Shown piece after piece: positions 16,701-24,841 of a DNA stretch of 33,090 bases. The translations under genes and the position numbers were made by a program. This DNA is from Candidatus Nomurabacteria bacterium. GTDB lineage: Bacteria; Patescibacteriota; Minisyncoccia; Phycocordibacterales; UBA2100. Positions within the stretch are counted from its first letter, which is position 1, and each line of letters starts with the position of its first letter. The notes beneath the pieces were generated by a model. That model was not told where the DNA came from and searched no databases. It was given only the letters and a program-made list of their open reading frames with translations. Location of the stretch: assembly GCA_943359705.1 (NCBI GenBank), contig CALRIB010000002.1:1-33090 (forward strand), given 5' to 3'.

Positions 16701-17120
16701 ATGAATACCCGCGAAACCCGAGGTTTTACCCTCATTGAATTACTCGTCGTCATAGCAATTATCGGCCTTCTCGCCTCAATCGTCATCGCCTCGCTCTCTA
16801 CGGTGCAGGCCAAAGCACGTGACGCCAGGCGTATGGAAGACGTCAACTCGCTTCAGAAGGCGCTCACTATCTACGTCTCCAATCACGGCACCTATCCTAT
16901 CTATACGGCGACAACGACCGTCACCGCCACGACGACCGTGGGCGCCGACCTCATCGCAGACCAGGCTATCCCGACGTCACCGAAAGACCCGACCGACCCG
17001 GTGCGCGTGTACAGTTACCACTCGAACTCCGACGGTTCAAGCTATACGCTCAACTTCTGCCTGGAGACTGACAGCATCCGGAGCTACGCGGCGGGCTGCA
17101 ACAACAACATCACTCCGTAA
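16701..17120 (+). CDS. Type IV pilin / pseudopilin
   Basis: [22 protein letters not shown] prepilin cleavage motif, [11 protein letters not shown]-terminal Cys pair. Confidence 0.95.
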   Translation: MNTRETRGFTLIELLVVIAIIGLLASIVIASLSTVQAKARDARRMEDVNSLQKALTIYVSNHGTYPIYTATTTVTATTTVGADLIADQAIPTSPKDPTDPVRVYSYHSNSDGSSYTLNFCLETDSIRSYAAGCNNNITP

Positions 17121-17142
17121 GTTCGTATATCGGGAGGTCTCC

Positions 17143-17176
17143 AAAGGCCGCCGCGCAGAAGCGCGGCGGCCTTTTT
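17143..17176 (+). terminator. Intrinsic terminator after the pilin
   Basis: GGCCGCCGCGC-AGAA-GCGCGGCGGCC followed by TTTTT. Confidence 0.85.
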
Positions 17177-17214
17177 CGCGAGCTGCGCGTAAATGCGTAG
17201 TACAATATATTTTC

Positions 17215-17685
17215 ATGCCTTCCTCCTCAAACGGAATACGCTGGACGGCGCACGAACACGAACACATCGAGCGCGGGAGCGACTGGTTTTGGGCACTCGG
17301 TATCGCGGCCGCCGCGCTTGCCGCCATCAGTTTCCTTTTCGGCAACGCGCTTTTCGGCGTGCTCATCATCGTCGCTGCCGTAACGCTCGGCATCTTCGCC
17401 AAAAAACCGCCTCCGCTTATGGAATTCGAGATCTCCGACCGCGGCATCCGCACGGGCGAGGTAATGCATCGCTACGAGGAAATCATTTCCTTTTGGGTAG
17501 AGGAGCACGATGCAAATCCCCCCATTCTTCTTATCGACACCACAAAATGGCTCTCACCCAATCTCATTATCGAGCTCGAACACGTCGACGCGAAAGAGGT
17601 GCGCGCATTTCTGGCCGAGCGAGTAGAAGAAGTGCCGATGAAAGAACCGGTCGCGCACAAAATTCTCGAATTCTTCGGACTCTGA
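17215..17685 (+). CDS. Two-TM hypothetical protein with C-terminal soluble domain
   Basis: IRWTAHEHEHIERGSDWFW, 2 TMs, IISFWV. TACAAT lies 8 nt before the ATG at 17215. Confidence 0.75.
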   Translation: MPSSSNGIRWTAHEHEHIERGSDWFWALGIAAAALAAISFLFGNALFGVLIIVAAVTLGIFAKKPPPLMEFEISDRGIRTGEVMHRYEEIISFWVEEHDANPPILLIDTTKWLSPNLIIELEHVDAKEVRAFLAERVEEVPMKEPVAHKILEFFGL

Positions 17686-17687
17686 AA

Positions 17688-17720
17688 CAGCCACTAGCCA
17701 CTAGTTCTTAGCCACTAGCG
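17688..17720 (+). repeat. TAGCCAC heptamer tract at the 3' end of the four-helix-bundle gene
   Basis: CAGCCAC TAGCCAC TAGTTCT TAGCCAC TAGCG on the + strand. Confidence 0.8.
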
Positions 17721-18060
17721 AGCCGATGAGTTTATTTAACATACGCATGACCTCATCTATGAGCGTTTTCGCTCTTTTCAACTGATGCGGGTCGGCAAAT
17801 TTTAGGTTTTCAGCGATTTCAAAATGTGTCTCTAACTCCGCCCCCGAACCGAACGCAATCCTCAAGAATTGAATATTTTCCTGCCGATGCTTGCGCGCGA
17901 ATCCTTCCGCAATATTCGCGGGAATTGACACCGCAGCCCTCCGTGTTTGGCTTGTCAGACCAAACATTTCTGAGCGTGGGTATCGTTCTGTGAGTTTATA
18001 AACTTCGCTGACTAATTCGATGCCGCGTTGCCAAACAACAAGTTCTCGGTACGACTGCAT
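17701..18060 (-). CDS. Four-helix-bundle protein (23S rRNA intervening-sequence protein / Avd-like family)
   Basis: SYRELVVWQ, PRSEMFGLTSQTRRAAVSIPANIAEG, FLRIAFGSGAELET. Confidence 0.93.
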   Translation of the reverse strand: MQSYRELVVWQRGIELVSEVYKLTERYPRSEMFGLTSQTRRAAVSIPANIAEGFARKHRQENIQFLRIAFGSGAELETHFEIAENLKFADPHQLKRAKTLIDEVMRMLNKLIGSLVAKN

Positions 18061-18064
18061 TTTT

Positions 18065-18088
18065 CTAGTCGCTAGTGGCTAGTGGCTA
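18065..18088 (-). repeat. TAGCCAC heptamer tract at the 5' end of the four-helix-bundle gene
   Basis: Minus strand TAGCCAC TAGCCAC TAGCGAC TAG just before the ATG; inverted relative to the 17688 tract. Confidence 0.8.
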
Positions 18089-20152
18089 AATCACTGTAAC
18101 CGTGGTGCTTGCGTCGCGGGTACCTCCGCCGACTGTGACACAGTGGAGCACGAACGCATACGAGGTGGTTGCCGTTTTCGTCAGAGGCGGCGTGGTCGCA
18201 GTGCCGTTGACGTTGGTGTTGCCCGCATTTTGCGTGGTGAACGCCGGAATGTCCGGGCTCGAAATCACGCACGATTGCATGCCGGAGGTAATCCAGCCGA
18301 GCGCCGATTGGCCGCCCGATGCGACATCCTTCGGATTCGCGATGAGGACGATGGAGGGCTTGCCGACCTGGACCGAACACTGCGCAGTGGCCACTGTGCC
18401 CGCACTGTTACAGGTGAGGCCGTATGAAGCGCTGTTGCTGCCTGCGGCGGGATTGGTCGTAGTTGCGAGCGCCGAACCGCTTTGCGCGCCGTTCGTTTGA
18501 AAGCCCGTGCCCGTGCTGGTGCCTGCAGAGCACGAGTACGCGATCGCGATAGACATGCCGACGTCGGCCACTTGCGGATTGCATGATATTTGCGCGGTGA
18601 GAGAGCCGTTGGTGCCGGTACCCGTGCCGCTCGGCACGCACTGCCAGCTCCCCACGCACGCGCCGTTGTACGTGGGCTTCCATGTACCGTTGGCACATCC
18701 GGCCGGGTCAGGTTGTGCGGGTGCCGTCGGGCACTGCTGCGCGGTCGCACATGCGTTGCCCGCAGGCGCGCAGCCGGTGGGGCACGTCTGCATCGGCGTA
18801 TCCACGCACTGATTGTTGCGCGAGTAGAGCGTGTTGTTGGAACAGAGGAGCTGTCCACCCGGGCATGTGCCCGGCGCTTGCGGCGTCTGATTCCCCGCCG
18901 CCGGTGAAGCAGACCCTCCTGGCGAGCCACCCATCAGACCCTTCAACATCGATGCGATGTCCGGCATTCCACTCTTGTTCTGATTATTATTGTTGTTATT
19001 GTCCTGCGGATCCTGCTGGAACGTAGTCTGCTGCCGCTTTGTCGGATCCGGCTGCGCAGTGGTCGTCGTTTTGGTCGGATCCGGCTTGGGAGTGGTCGTC
19101 GTTTTGGTTGGATCAGGAGCCGGAGCTTTGGCGGGAGGTGTACATACCTGATTGGGGTCGCCGGCGGATGCGGTGCACGTAAACCCTTTTGCAGTCAGTT
19201 CATCTACGTTCGCGTCCCTGGCCGGATAACATCCAGTTTTGTCACAATTATATTTTGCCGCATCGACGCCTGCCATCGGATTCGCATTCGGCCCGGATTG
19301 TGCCGCTGCCAAAGCGTCATACCTATCTTGCGCCTCTTTTGCAGCGGCCTGCGCCTTTGCGGCGTCGGCCTGAGCTTGTGCTGCATTCGCGGCTGCGTTC
19401 GCACATCCCGGGCTCGATGTGTCGCCACCGAATGCACAGCTCGAAGCAATGTCGTCTAGCTTAGCGGCCGTTGATTGGGCAGTTGCGGCGGCCGTGGCAG
19501 CGTCAACAAGATTCTTTTTTGCTTCGGCCGTCAGCGCGTCATTAAGAACGCTACGCTCTGTCTCACCGAGTGAGCTCATGAGAGACTGTTGCTGATCCGA
19601 GGGTAGGGTTTTAAATACATCAGGGTTCGCCGCGGCGCTTTTTATACCGGCGATACCAGATACCGCGCCCGTGTCGAGGCATTTCTTATCATCGGGGGTG
19701 CAGTACTGTGTTTTGCACGTGCCTGCCGGGACATCGGCGCTAAGCTTCGAAACAACTTTTCCCGTACCGTCTTTTTGTATGTAAATTTTTGACGTCAACC
19801 CCACGCATATCGCGTCTTGCTCTCCGGTATAGAGAGCTGCGGTGCAGTTATCTTTCTGGACCGTATCTTGCCCTTTTGGCAGACCTGTTTCTTGCGGTGT
19901 GGTGCTTTTCTTTTGCGCTAGAGCCTGTTGCTTCAACGCAGTACATTTCTCTGCCATCTCTTTTTTTCGCGGATCCGCAGGGGGAACAGGGATCGTGTAT
20001 GTCGCCTCGTTGTATCTCGGAGCATCTGCAAGCTGCGATGCTGGTTGAACATTAAGGAATTCTGCAGCACCCGCAGCGCCGAGCATTGCCATTAGGACGA
20101 GGCTGGCAAGTATAGATGCGCCACGTTGACCCCGGTCGGCGGGTAAAGACAT
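18086..20152 (-). CDS. Large Cys-rich secreted/surface protein (688 aa)
   Basis: N-terminal hydrophobic segment, many Cys pairs, Ala-rich helix, PDPTKTTTT repeats, poly-Asn, C-terminal beta-sandwich-like domains. Confidence 0.8.
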   Translation of the reverse strand: MSLPADRGQRGASILASLVLMAMLGAAGAAEFLNVQPASQLADAPRYNEATYTIPVPPADPRKKEMAEKCTALKQQALAQKKSTTPQETGLPKGQDTVQKDNCTAALYTGEQDAICVGLTSKIYIQKDGTGKVVSKLSADVPAGTCKTQYCTPDDKKCLDTGAVSGIAGIKSAAANPDVFKTLPSDQQQSLMSSLGETERSVLNDALTAEAKKNLVDAATAAATAQSTAAKLDDIASSCAFGGDTSSPGCANAAANAAQAQADAAKAQAAAKEAQDRYDALAAAQSGPNANPMAGVDAAKYNCDKTGCYPARDANVDELTAKGFTCTASAGDPNQVCTPPAKAPAPDPTKTTTTPKPDPTKTTTTAQPDPTKRQQTTFQQDPQDNNNNNNQNKSGMPDIASMLKGLMGGSPGGSASPAAGNQTPQAPGTCPGGQLLCSNNTLYSRNNQCVDTPMQTCPTGCAPAGNACATAQQCPTAPAQPDPAGCANGTWKPTYNGACVGSWQCVPSGTGTGTNGSLTAQISCNPQVADVGMSIAIAYSCSAGTSTGTGFQTNGAQSGSALATTTNPAAGSNSASYGLTCNSAGTVATAQCSVQVGKPSIVLIANPKDVASGGQSALGWITSGMQSCVISSPDIPAFTTQNAGNTNVNGTATTPPLTKTATTSYAFVLHCVTVGGGTRDASTTVTVI

Positions 20153-20236
20153 CGCTCAATGATACTCCCTTTATTGCGCTGAACGTCGGCTAAATGTGGA
20201 AAAAGCTGGCGAAACGAACGATGCGCTGCATTTGTC

Positions 20237-20352
20237 TGTGCCCTTCGCCAACTGGGAAACCCACGGTTTTCCCAATCCTTCCTCCACGGGAAACCGGCAG
20301 GTTTCCCGACCCCTTCCTCCGGCGAGGTCATCTCGCTCACTTCGTTCGCTTG
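20237..20352 (-). repeat. Structured tRNA-Arg(GCG) trailer with tandem hairpins and a degenerate copy of the tRNA 3' end
   Basis: Two GGAGGAAGG-N-GGGAAA..GGTTTCCC units, ending GGCGAAGGGCACA versus the tRNA end GGCGAGGGCACA. Confidence 0.7.
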
Positions 20353-20424
20353 TGCCCTCGCCGGGAATCGAACCCAGATTACAAGCTCCGCAAGCTTGCG
20401 TTCTATCCGTTGAACTACGAGAGC
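20353..20424 (-). tRNA. tRNA-Arg (GCG)
   Basis: Acceptor GCTCTCG/CGAGGGC, anticodon arm CAAGC-TTGCGGA-GCTTG, T loop TTCGATT. Confidence 0.93.
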
Positions 20425-20471
20425 GTCTGAGGAACAAACAGAGAATACAACGTATTCCCGTTTTTTACGAA

Positions 20472-20738
20472 TTACTTGGCGAGTGCCGCCACCTGTTTCG
20501 TCAAACGCGATTTCATTCGAGCTGCCGTATTTTTCTTTATTGTTCCGTGCTTCGCGGCTTTGTCGATTGCTTGGTAGAGAGCGGGAAGCATCGCGGCCGC
20601 CTCTGCAGCTTTTTTGCCGACGACGAGTTTCGAAACATCTTTGACGGAATCCTTCATCGCCTTTTTGCGGCGCGAAGTGAACACGCTCTTGCGGCGAGAG
20701 CCGCGCTCTGCCTTTTTTGCTGAACTCGTATTTGCCAT
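20472..20738 (-). CDS. rpsT: 30S ribosomal protein S20
   Basis: MANTSSAKKA, AIDKAAKHGTIKKNTAARMKSRL. Confidence 0.95.
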   Translation of the reverse strand: MANTSSAKKAERGSRRKSVFTSRRKKAMKDSVKDVSKLVVGKKAAEAAAMLPALYQAIDKAAKHGTIKKNTAARMKSRLTKQVAALAK

Positions 20739-20762
20739 GAGGCCGCATCCTAACGGATGCGA

Positions 20763-20853
20763 ATGCAAAATGCAAACTCCAAAGTCTAAAATGAATCTTT
20801 GCTTCTAGCCCTGTCCGGTTCCCACTTTGGCTTTTGGATTTTGGTTTTTGCAT
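20763..20853. repeat. Inverted pair of CAAAxxx heptamer tracts between rpsT and ruvA
   Basis: CAAAATG CAAACTC CAAAGTC TAAAATG, a 29-bp spacer, then CACTTTG GCTTTTG GATTTTG GTTTTTG. Confidence 0.75.
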
Positions 20854-20865
20854 TACTATGACCCT

Positions 20866-21438
20866 ATGATAGGCCGAGTCGAAGGAGAAATAGCCGCCGC
20901 ACGACCGGGATTCGTCATCATTTCAGCAGGCGGAGTCGGGTACAAAATCGCCGCTACACGCGAAACGCTTACGAAATTGAAGGAGGGGGCCCACGCGGCA
21001 CTCTGGACGCACCTCGCCGTACGCGAAGACATCCTCGACTTGTACGGCTTTGGCACCGAGGAAGAACTCCATTTCTTCCAACTACTCCTTACGGTCTCAG
21101 GTATCGGTCCCAAATCCGCGCTCGCCATCCTCGACATTGCGCACGTGGAGACACTCCGCAGCGCCATTTCGGGCGGCAACGCTTCCTACCTCACCAAAGT
21201 CTCCGGCATCGGTAGGAAAACGGCTGAAAAGATAGTGCTTGAATTGCGCGACAAAGTGGGCGCGAGTGCCGAAGGCAGCGAGCGAGCGCTTTCGGGTGAC
21301 GAAGAGGCACTCGAAGCGCTGCGTGCTCTCGGCTACTCGCATGGTGAGGCGCGAGATGCACTCCGCAAAGTTTCCAACGATATCGAGGGCGCGAGTGCGC
21401 GCTTGCGTGAAGCGCTCAAAATCGTGGGCGGCAAATAA
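20866..21438 (+). CDS. ruvA: Holliday junction branch migration protein RuvA
   Basis: MIGRVEG, GGVGY, VRED..LYGF, VSGIGPKSAL, GIGRKTAEKIVLEL, ALRALGY. Confidence 0.97.
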   Translation: MIGRVEGEIAAARPGFVIISAGGVGYKIAATRETLTKLKEGAHAALWTHLAVREDILDLYGFGTEEELHFFQLLLTVSGIGPKSALAILDIAHVETLRSAISGGNASYLTKVSGIGRKTAEKIVLELRDKVGASAEGSERALSGDEEALEALRALGYSHGEARDALRKVSNDIEGASARLREALKIVGGK

Positions 21439-21443
21439 AACAC

Positions 21444-22703
21444 ATGGCACGAAAATTTATCGAAACAGTCGTGCCCGTTTCCTTTCTCGACTCATTTCGC
21501 CCCGCATACCACCTTTTTCTTGCATGGTTCGGCGCATTCGCGTACGGCGACCCGTCGCGCCGCATGCTGGTCGTCGGCGTGACCGGCACCAAGGGCAAAA
21601 CGAGCGTGACCGAAATGCTGAATGCAATCCTCGAGGAAGCGGGCTACAAAACCGCGCTCATCAATTCCATCCGATTCAAGAACGGCGAGAAAAACGAACG
21701 CAACATGACGCGCATGTCGATGCCGGGACGATTTTTCATACAGAAATTTTTACATGACGCGCTCGCGAGCGGGTGCAACGCGGCCGTCTTGGAAATGACG
21801 TCGGAGGGAGCCAAGCAATCCCGCCATCGCTTTATCGACCTCGACGCGCTCATCTTTACCAACCTCGCACCGGAGCATATTGAGTCGCATGGCTCCTTGC
21901 AGGCGTATGCCGATGCAAAATTCGAAATCGGCAAAGAGCTGGTGCGCTCGCACAAGCGCCCGCGTATCATCGCGGCCAACTCCGACGACCGCGAAAGCAC
22001 GCGCTACCTCACGCTCGCGGTAGAACAATCCCTTCCCTTCTCCCTCGGAGCAACCGCGCCGTACGAAGCGGGTGAGCGCGGCGGATACTTTTCTTTTGAC
22101 GGCATGAAAATCCCCGTGCATCTCGGCGGTGAATTCTCGCTCAAAAACGCGCTTGCTGCCGCAACAGCTGCGCGTGCGCTTGGAGTTAAAACGCCGGTCA
22201 TCGCAAGCGCGCTCGATAGATTGGAAAAAATACCGGGACGTGCGGAGCGTATCGAGGCCGGACAAAGTTTCACCGCTGTAGTTGACTACGCGCACACGCC
22301 GGATTCTCTGAAGGCTATCTACGATGCGTATAAAAATGAGCGAAAAATATGCGTGCTCGGTGCGGCGGGCGGCGGGCGCGATGTGTGGAAGCGCTCCGTG
22401 ATGGGGCGCATCGCGGAAGAATGCTGCGCGCAAATTATTTTGACCAATGAGGACCCCTACGACGAGGACCCGGGCGCGATTCTGCAAGATATCGCCCACG
22501 GCATGTCGAAGCCGCCGGAAATAATTCTCGACAGACGTGCCGCGATACGGCGGGCGCTCGAGTACGCACGCGCGAGCGACGCCGTTATCATCACCGGCAA
22601 AGGCACCGACCCGGCGATCGCGGGCCCCGGCGGCAGCTCAACACCGTGGAGTGACGCAGATGTTACGCGCCAAGAACTTGAAGCGTTGAAGACAAGGGTA
22701 TAA
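21444..22703 (+). CDS. murE: Mur ligase, MurE-like UDP-N-acetylmuramyl-tripeptide synthetase
   Basis: GVTGTKGKTS, LEMTSEG, FTNLAPEH, VDYAHTPDSL, GGRD..KR..MG, NEDPYDE, ITGKG. Confidence 0.88.
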   Translation: MARKFIETVVPVSFLDSFRPAYHLFLAWFGAFAYGDPSRRMLVVGVTGTKGKTSVTEMLNAILEEAGYKTALINSIRFKNGEKNERNMTRMSMPGRFFIQKFLHDALASGCNAAVLEMTSEGAKQSRHRFIDLDALIFTNLAPEHIESHGSLQAYADAKFEIGKELVRSHKRPRIIAANSDDRESTRYLTLAVEQSLPFSLGATAPYEAGERGGYFSFDGMKIPVHLGGEFSLKNALAAATAARALGVKTPVIASALDRLEKIPGRAERIEAGQSFTAVVDYAHTPDSLKAIYDAYKNERKICVLGAAGGGRDVWKRSVMGRIAEECCAQIILTNEDPYDEDPGAILQDIAHGMSKPPEIILDRRAAIRRALEYARASDAVIITGKGTDPAIAGPGGSSTPWSDADVTRQELEALKTRV

Positions 22704-22710
22704 TTCCCGC

Positions 22711-23748
22711 ATGGCAGATTCACATGGCGGAGGCGGTGGAATGATTACCACGATACTGAAGTGGGTCGGCATCACCATCGTCGTGCTGCTCATCCTACTG
22801 TGGCTCGTTACCGGCGGCATCGGAAAAATCATTGAGACCGCACGAAATATCACAAGCCCGATAGCATCCATCTTTGCATTCGCTACATCCACCGGCACGG
22901 CATTCAGACTGCCGTGGCAACCCGACTACATCACGCCGAACATCCCCGATATGGTCGACTCCGGCGGGGATGACCCCAATACGAGCCCCCAGAGCACCGA
23001 CCAAGGGCTCTCTGACTCCGAGCGGCAGTATGATTCCCTCACCGCCAAAATGATTGCGGCGAAAAATTTCGGCACGCCTTCACCGTATCGCGGGCAGGTC
23101 ACGATCGAGGAGAACAATGCGACTGAGAGCGCGCCCGACCGGGAGTATGTAAAGGTGCAGGCGAACGACGGCAACACGACACCCGTCGACATCACCGGCT
23201 GGTCCCTGCAGAGCGCGGTGTCGGGAGTGCGCGGGTACATTCCGCGCGGCGCGAATGTGTTTTTTATGGGCGCCATTAATCCGCAGGACGATATTTCCCT
23301 TAGTCCGGGGTTCACGGCGATTCTCACATCCGGATACTCGCAGGGCGGCACCTCCTTCCGCGAGAATATGTGCACCGGTTACCTTTCGCAATTCCAGGAA
23401 TACACGCCGGGTCTCTCCCAAGAATGCCCGTCGCCGTCCGATTCCCTGCCGCTTTCCGCCGACAACATCCGCATGTACGGCGAAACATGCTTCAACTTCC
23501 TGAACGAACTGCCGGTCTGCACCTTCCCGCTGACGACGCCATCAGATATTTCTCCCTCGTGCCGCGCGTTCGTACAGAACACGATTTCATACAACGGGTG
23601 CGTGCAAAATTACCGGTACAAGAGCGCGTTCCCGCGCTCACAGTGGCGCGTATACCTCGGCGCGGGCGCCGAACTCTGGCGCAATTCGCACGATGTCGTC
23701 CGCTTGCTCGACCGCGAAGGCAGGACCGTGGACGTCTTAGTGTATTGA
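22711..23748 (+). CDS. Membrane-anchored protein with a lamin-tail-like domain and a Cys-rich insertion
   Basis: N-terminal TM; EYVKV..N...PVDITGWSL and WRNSHDVVRLLDREGRTVD segments flank a Cys-rich region. Confidence 0.72.
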   Translation: MADSHGGGGGMITTILKWVGITIVVLLILLWLVTGGIGKIIETARNITSPIASIFAFATSTGTAFRLPWQPDYITPNIPDMVDSGGDDPNTSPQSTDQGLSDSERQYDSLTAKMIAAKNFGTPSPYRGQVTIEENNATESAPDREYVKVQANDGNTTPVDITGWSLQSAVSGVRGYIPRGANVFFMGAINPQDDISLSPGFTAILTSGYSQGGTSFRENMCTGYLSQFQEYTPGLSQECPSPSDSLPLSADNIRMYGETCFNFLNELPVCTFPLTTPSDISPSCRAFVQNTISYNGCVQNYRYKSAFPRSQWRVYLGAGAELWRNSHDVVRLLDREGRTVDVLVY

Positions 23749-24204
23749 AAAAAGAATAATTCCGGCCGCGACCGACACATTGAGTGATTCCTTTTTGCCG
23801 CGCATCGGTATCTCAATTAATTCGTCACAAACATCGCGCAGACTTTTCGGAATGCCGCGCACTTCGTTGCCGAGAATAAAGAGCGTGGGTTTTGTTAGTT
23901 TAAACTTCCGATAGTCGACTGATTTCGCACCTTGCTCGACTCCAACTATTGCCCATCCTTCTTTGCGTAGTGTTGCGATAGTAGCAGTTGCCGATTTCAG
24001 GTACTCCCACGCGATGAACTTTTCTGCTCCCAACGCTGTTTTCGCGATGTCTTTTTGCACTCGTCCGAACCGGTCGACCGGTGCGGGTGTGACGCCGACC
24101 AAATATACTTTCGAGACGCCGGCCGCGTCGGCGGTGCGGAATATAGAGCCGACGTTGTGCGCGCTCCGAATGTTGTAGAGCAATACGGCTATCTGTTTTT
24201 TCAT
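23737..24204 (-). CDS. TrmH/SpoU-family RNA methyltransferase
   Basis: NIRSAHNVGSIFRTADA, ILGNEVRGI, IEIPMRGKKESLNVSVAAGI. The start may be 24204 or 24213. Confidence 0.92.
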   Translation of the reverse strand: MKKQIAVLLYNIRSAHNVGSIFRTADAAGVSKVYLVGVTPAPVDRFGRVQKDIAKTALGAEKFIAWEYLKSATATIATLRKEGWAIVGVEQGAKSVDYRKFKLTKPTLFILGNEVRGIPKSLRDVCDELIEIPMRGKKESLNVSVAAGIILFSIH

Positions 24205-24226
24205 ACTGTTCATGTATACTTCTCTC

Positions 24227-24571
24227 ATGCTTTCGATTTTTCCGGAAATCCTTTTTCTCTCACCATTCGCCGCCTTTCTTATCCGCGTGGCCCTCGGTCT
24301 TCTTTTTGCTTTTGCCGCATGGGAGCTAGCGAAAAAGCCTGACCTGCCTCGACGCATCGGCGCACTGGTGAAACTAATCATCGGAGTCGCTCTTATCGCG
24401 GGGGCATGGACGCAAGTGGCGGCACTCGCCGCCGCACTCCTTCTTATCGGCGCCGTCGCGATGCCCAAGATGCGCGTCTCTTCGCTCTCAACTATCCTTC
24501 TCGCGCTCGTGATGGCCGTCTCGCTGATCCTGACCGGAGCCGGTGCACTCGCCTTCGATTTGCCTCTCTAA
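24227..24571 (+). CDS. DoxX-like small membrane protein
   Basis: FLIRVALG, GAWTQVAA, LTGAGALAFDLPL. TATACT lies 6 nt before the ATG. Confidence 0.75.
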   Translation: MLSIFPEILFLSPFAAFLIRVALGLLFAFAAWELAKKPDLPRRIGALVKLIIGVALIAGAWTQVAALAAALLLIGAVAMPKMRVSSLSTILLALVMAVSLILTGAGALAFDLPL

Positions 24572-24623
24572 GCACCGTTCGGCTTTGAGGTTTACGCGTT
24601 CAGCGGGTATATTTCCCATACTC

Positions 24624-24696
24624 CCGCCCATAGCTCAGTTGGTAGAGCAGCTCCCTTTTAAGGAGACGGTCGTAGGTTCGATTCCTACTGGGCGGA
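24624..24696 (+). tRNA. tRNA-Lys (TTT)
   Basis: Acceptor CCGCCCA/TGGGCGG, D arm GCTCAGTTGGTAGAGC, anticodon loop CTTTTAA, T arm GTAGG-TTCGATT-CCTAC. Confidence 0.95.
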
Positions 24697-24834
24697 CACG
24701 AATGAAAAACAGCACCTGCGTGCTGTTTTTCTTTACGTGTCCGAGCCGGAGCCATGTTTCGTCAGCAGACGAAACGGGCGAGGCAGGGTCGTGGAATTTT
24801 GCGAGCGGCGGCGAGCAAAATATCCCTGACGACC
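24694..24834 (+). repeat. Structured tRNA-Lys trailer element, homologous to the His and Val trailer elements
   Basis: Hairpin GGACACG..GAAAAACAGCAC/GTGCTGTTTTTC..CGTGTCC, then GCC-GGA-GCC-ATGTTTCGTC..GACGAAAC-GGGC-GA-GGC-AG-GGTCGT...ACGACC. Confidence 0.8.
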
Positions 24835-24841
24835 AACTAGA

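Noticed and set aside
17701..18060. Diversity-generating retroelement
   Set aside because: No reverse transcriptase and no TR/VR pair differing at adenines are visible in the window.
20092..20853. 253-aa minus-strand ORF
   Set aside because: It runs through the heptamer tracts, rpsT in another frame and tRNA-Arg; not a credible protein.
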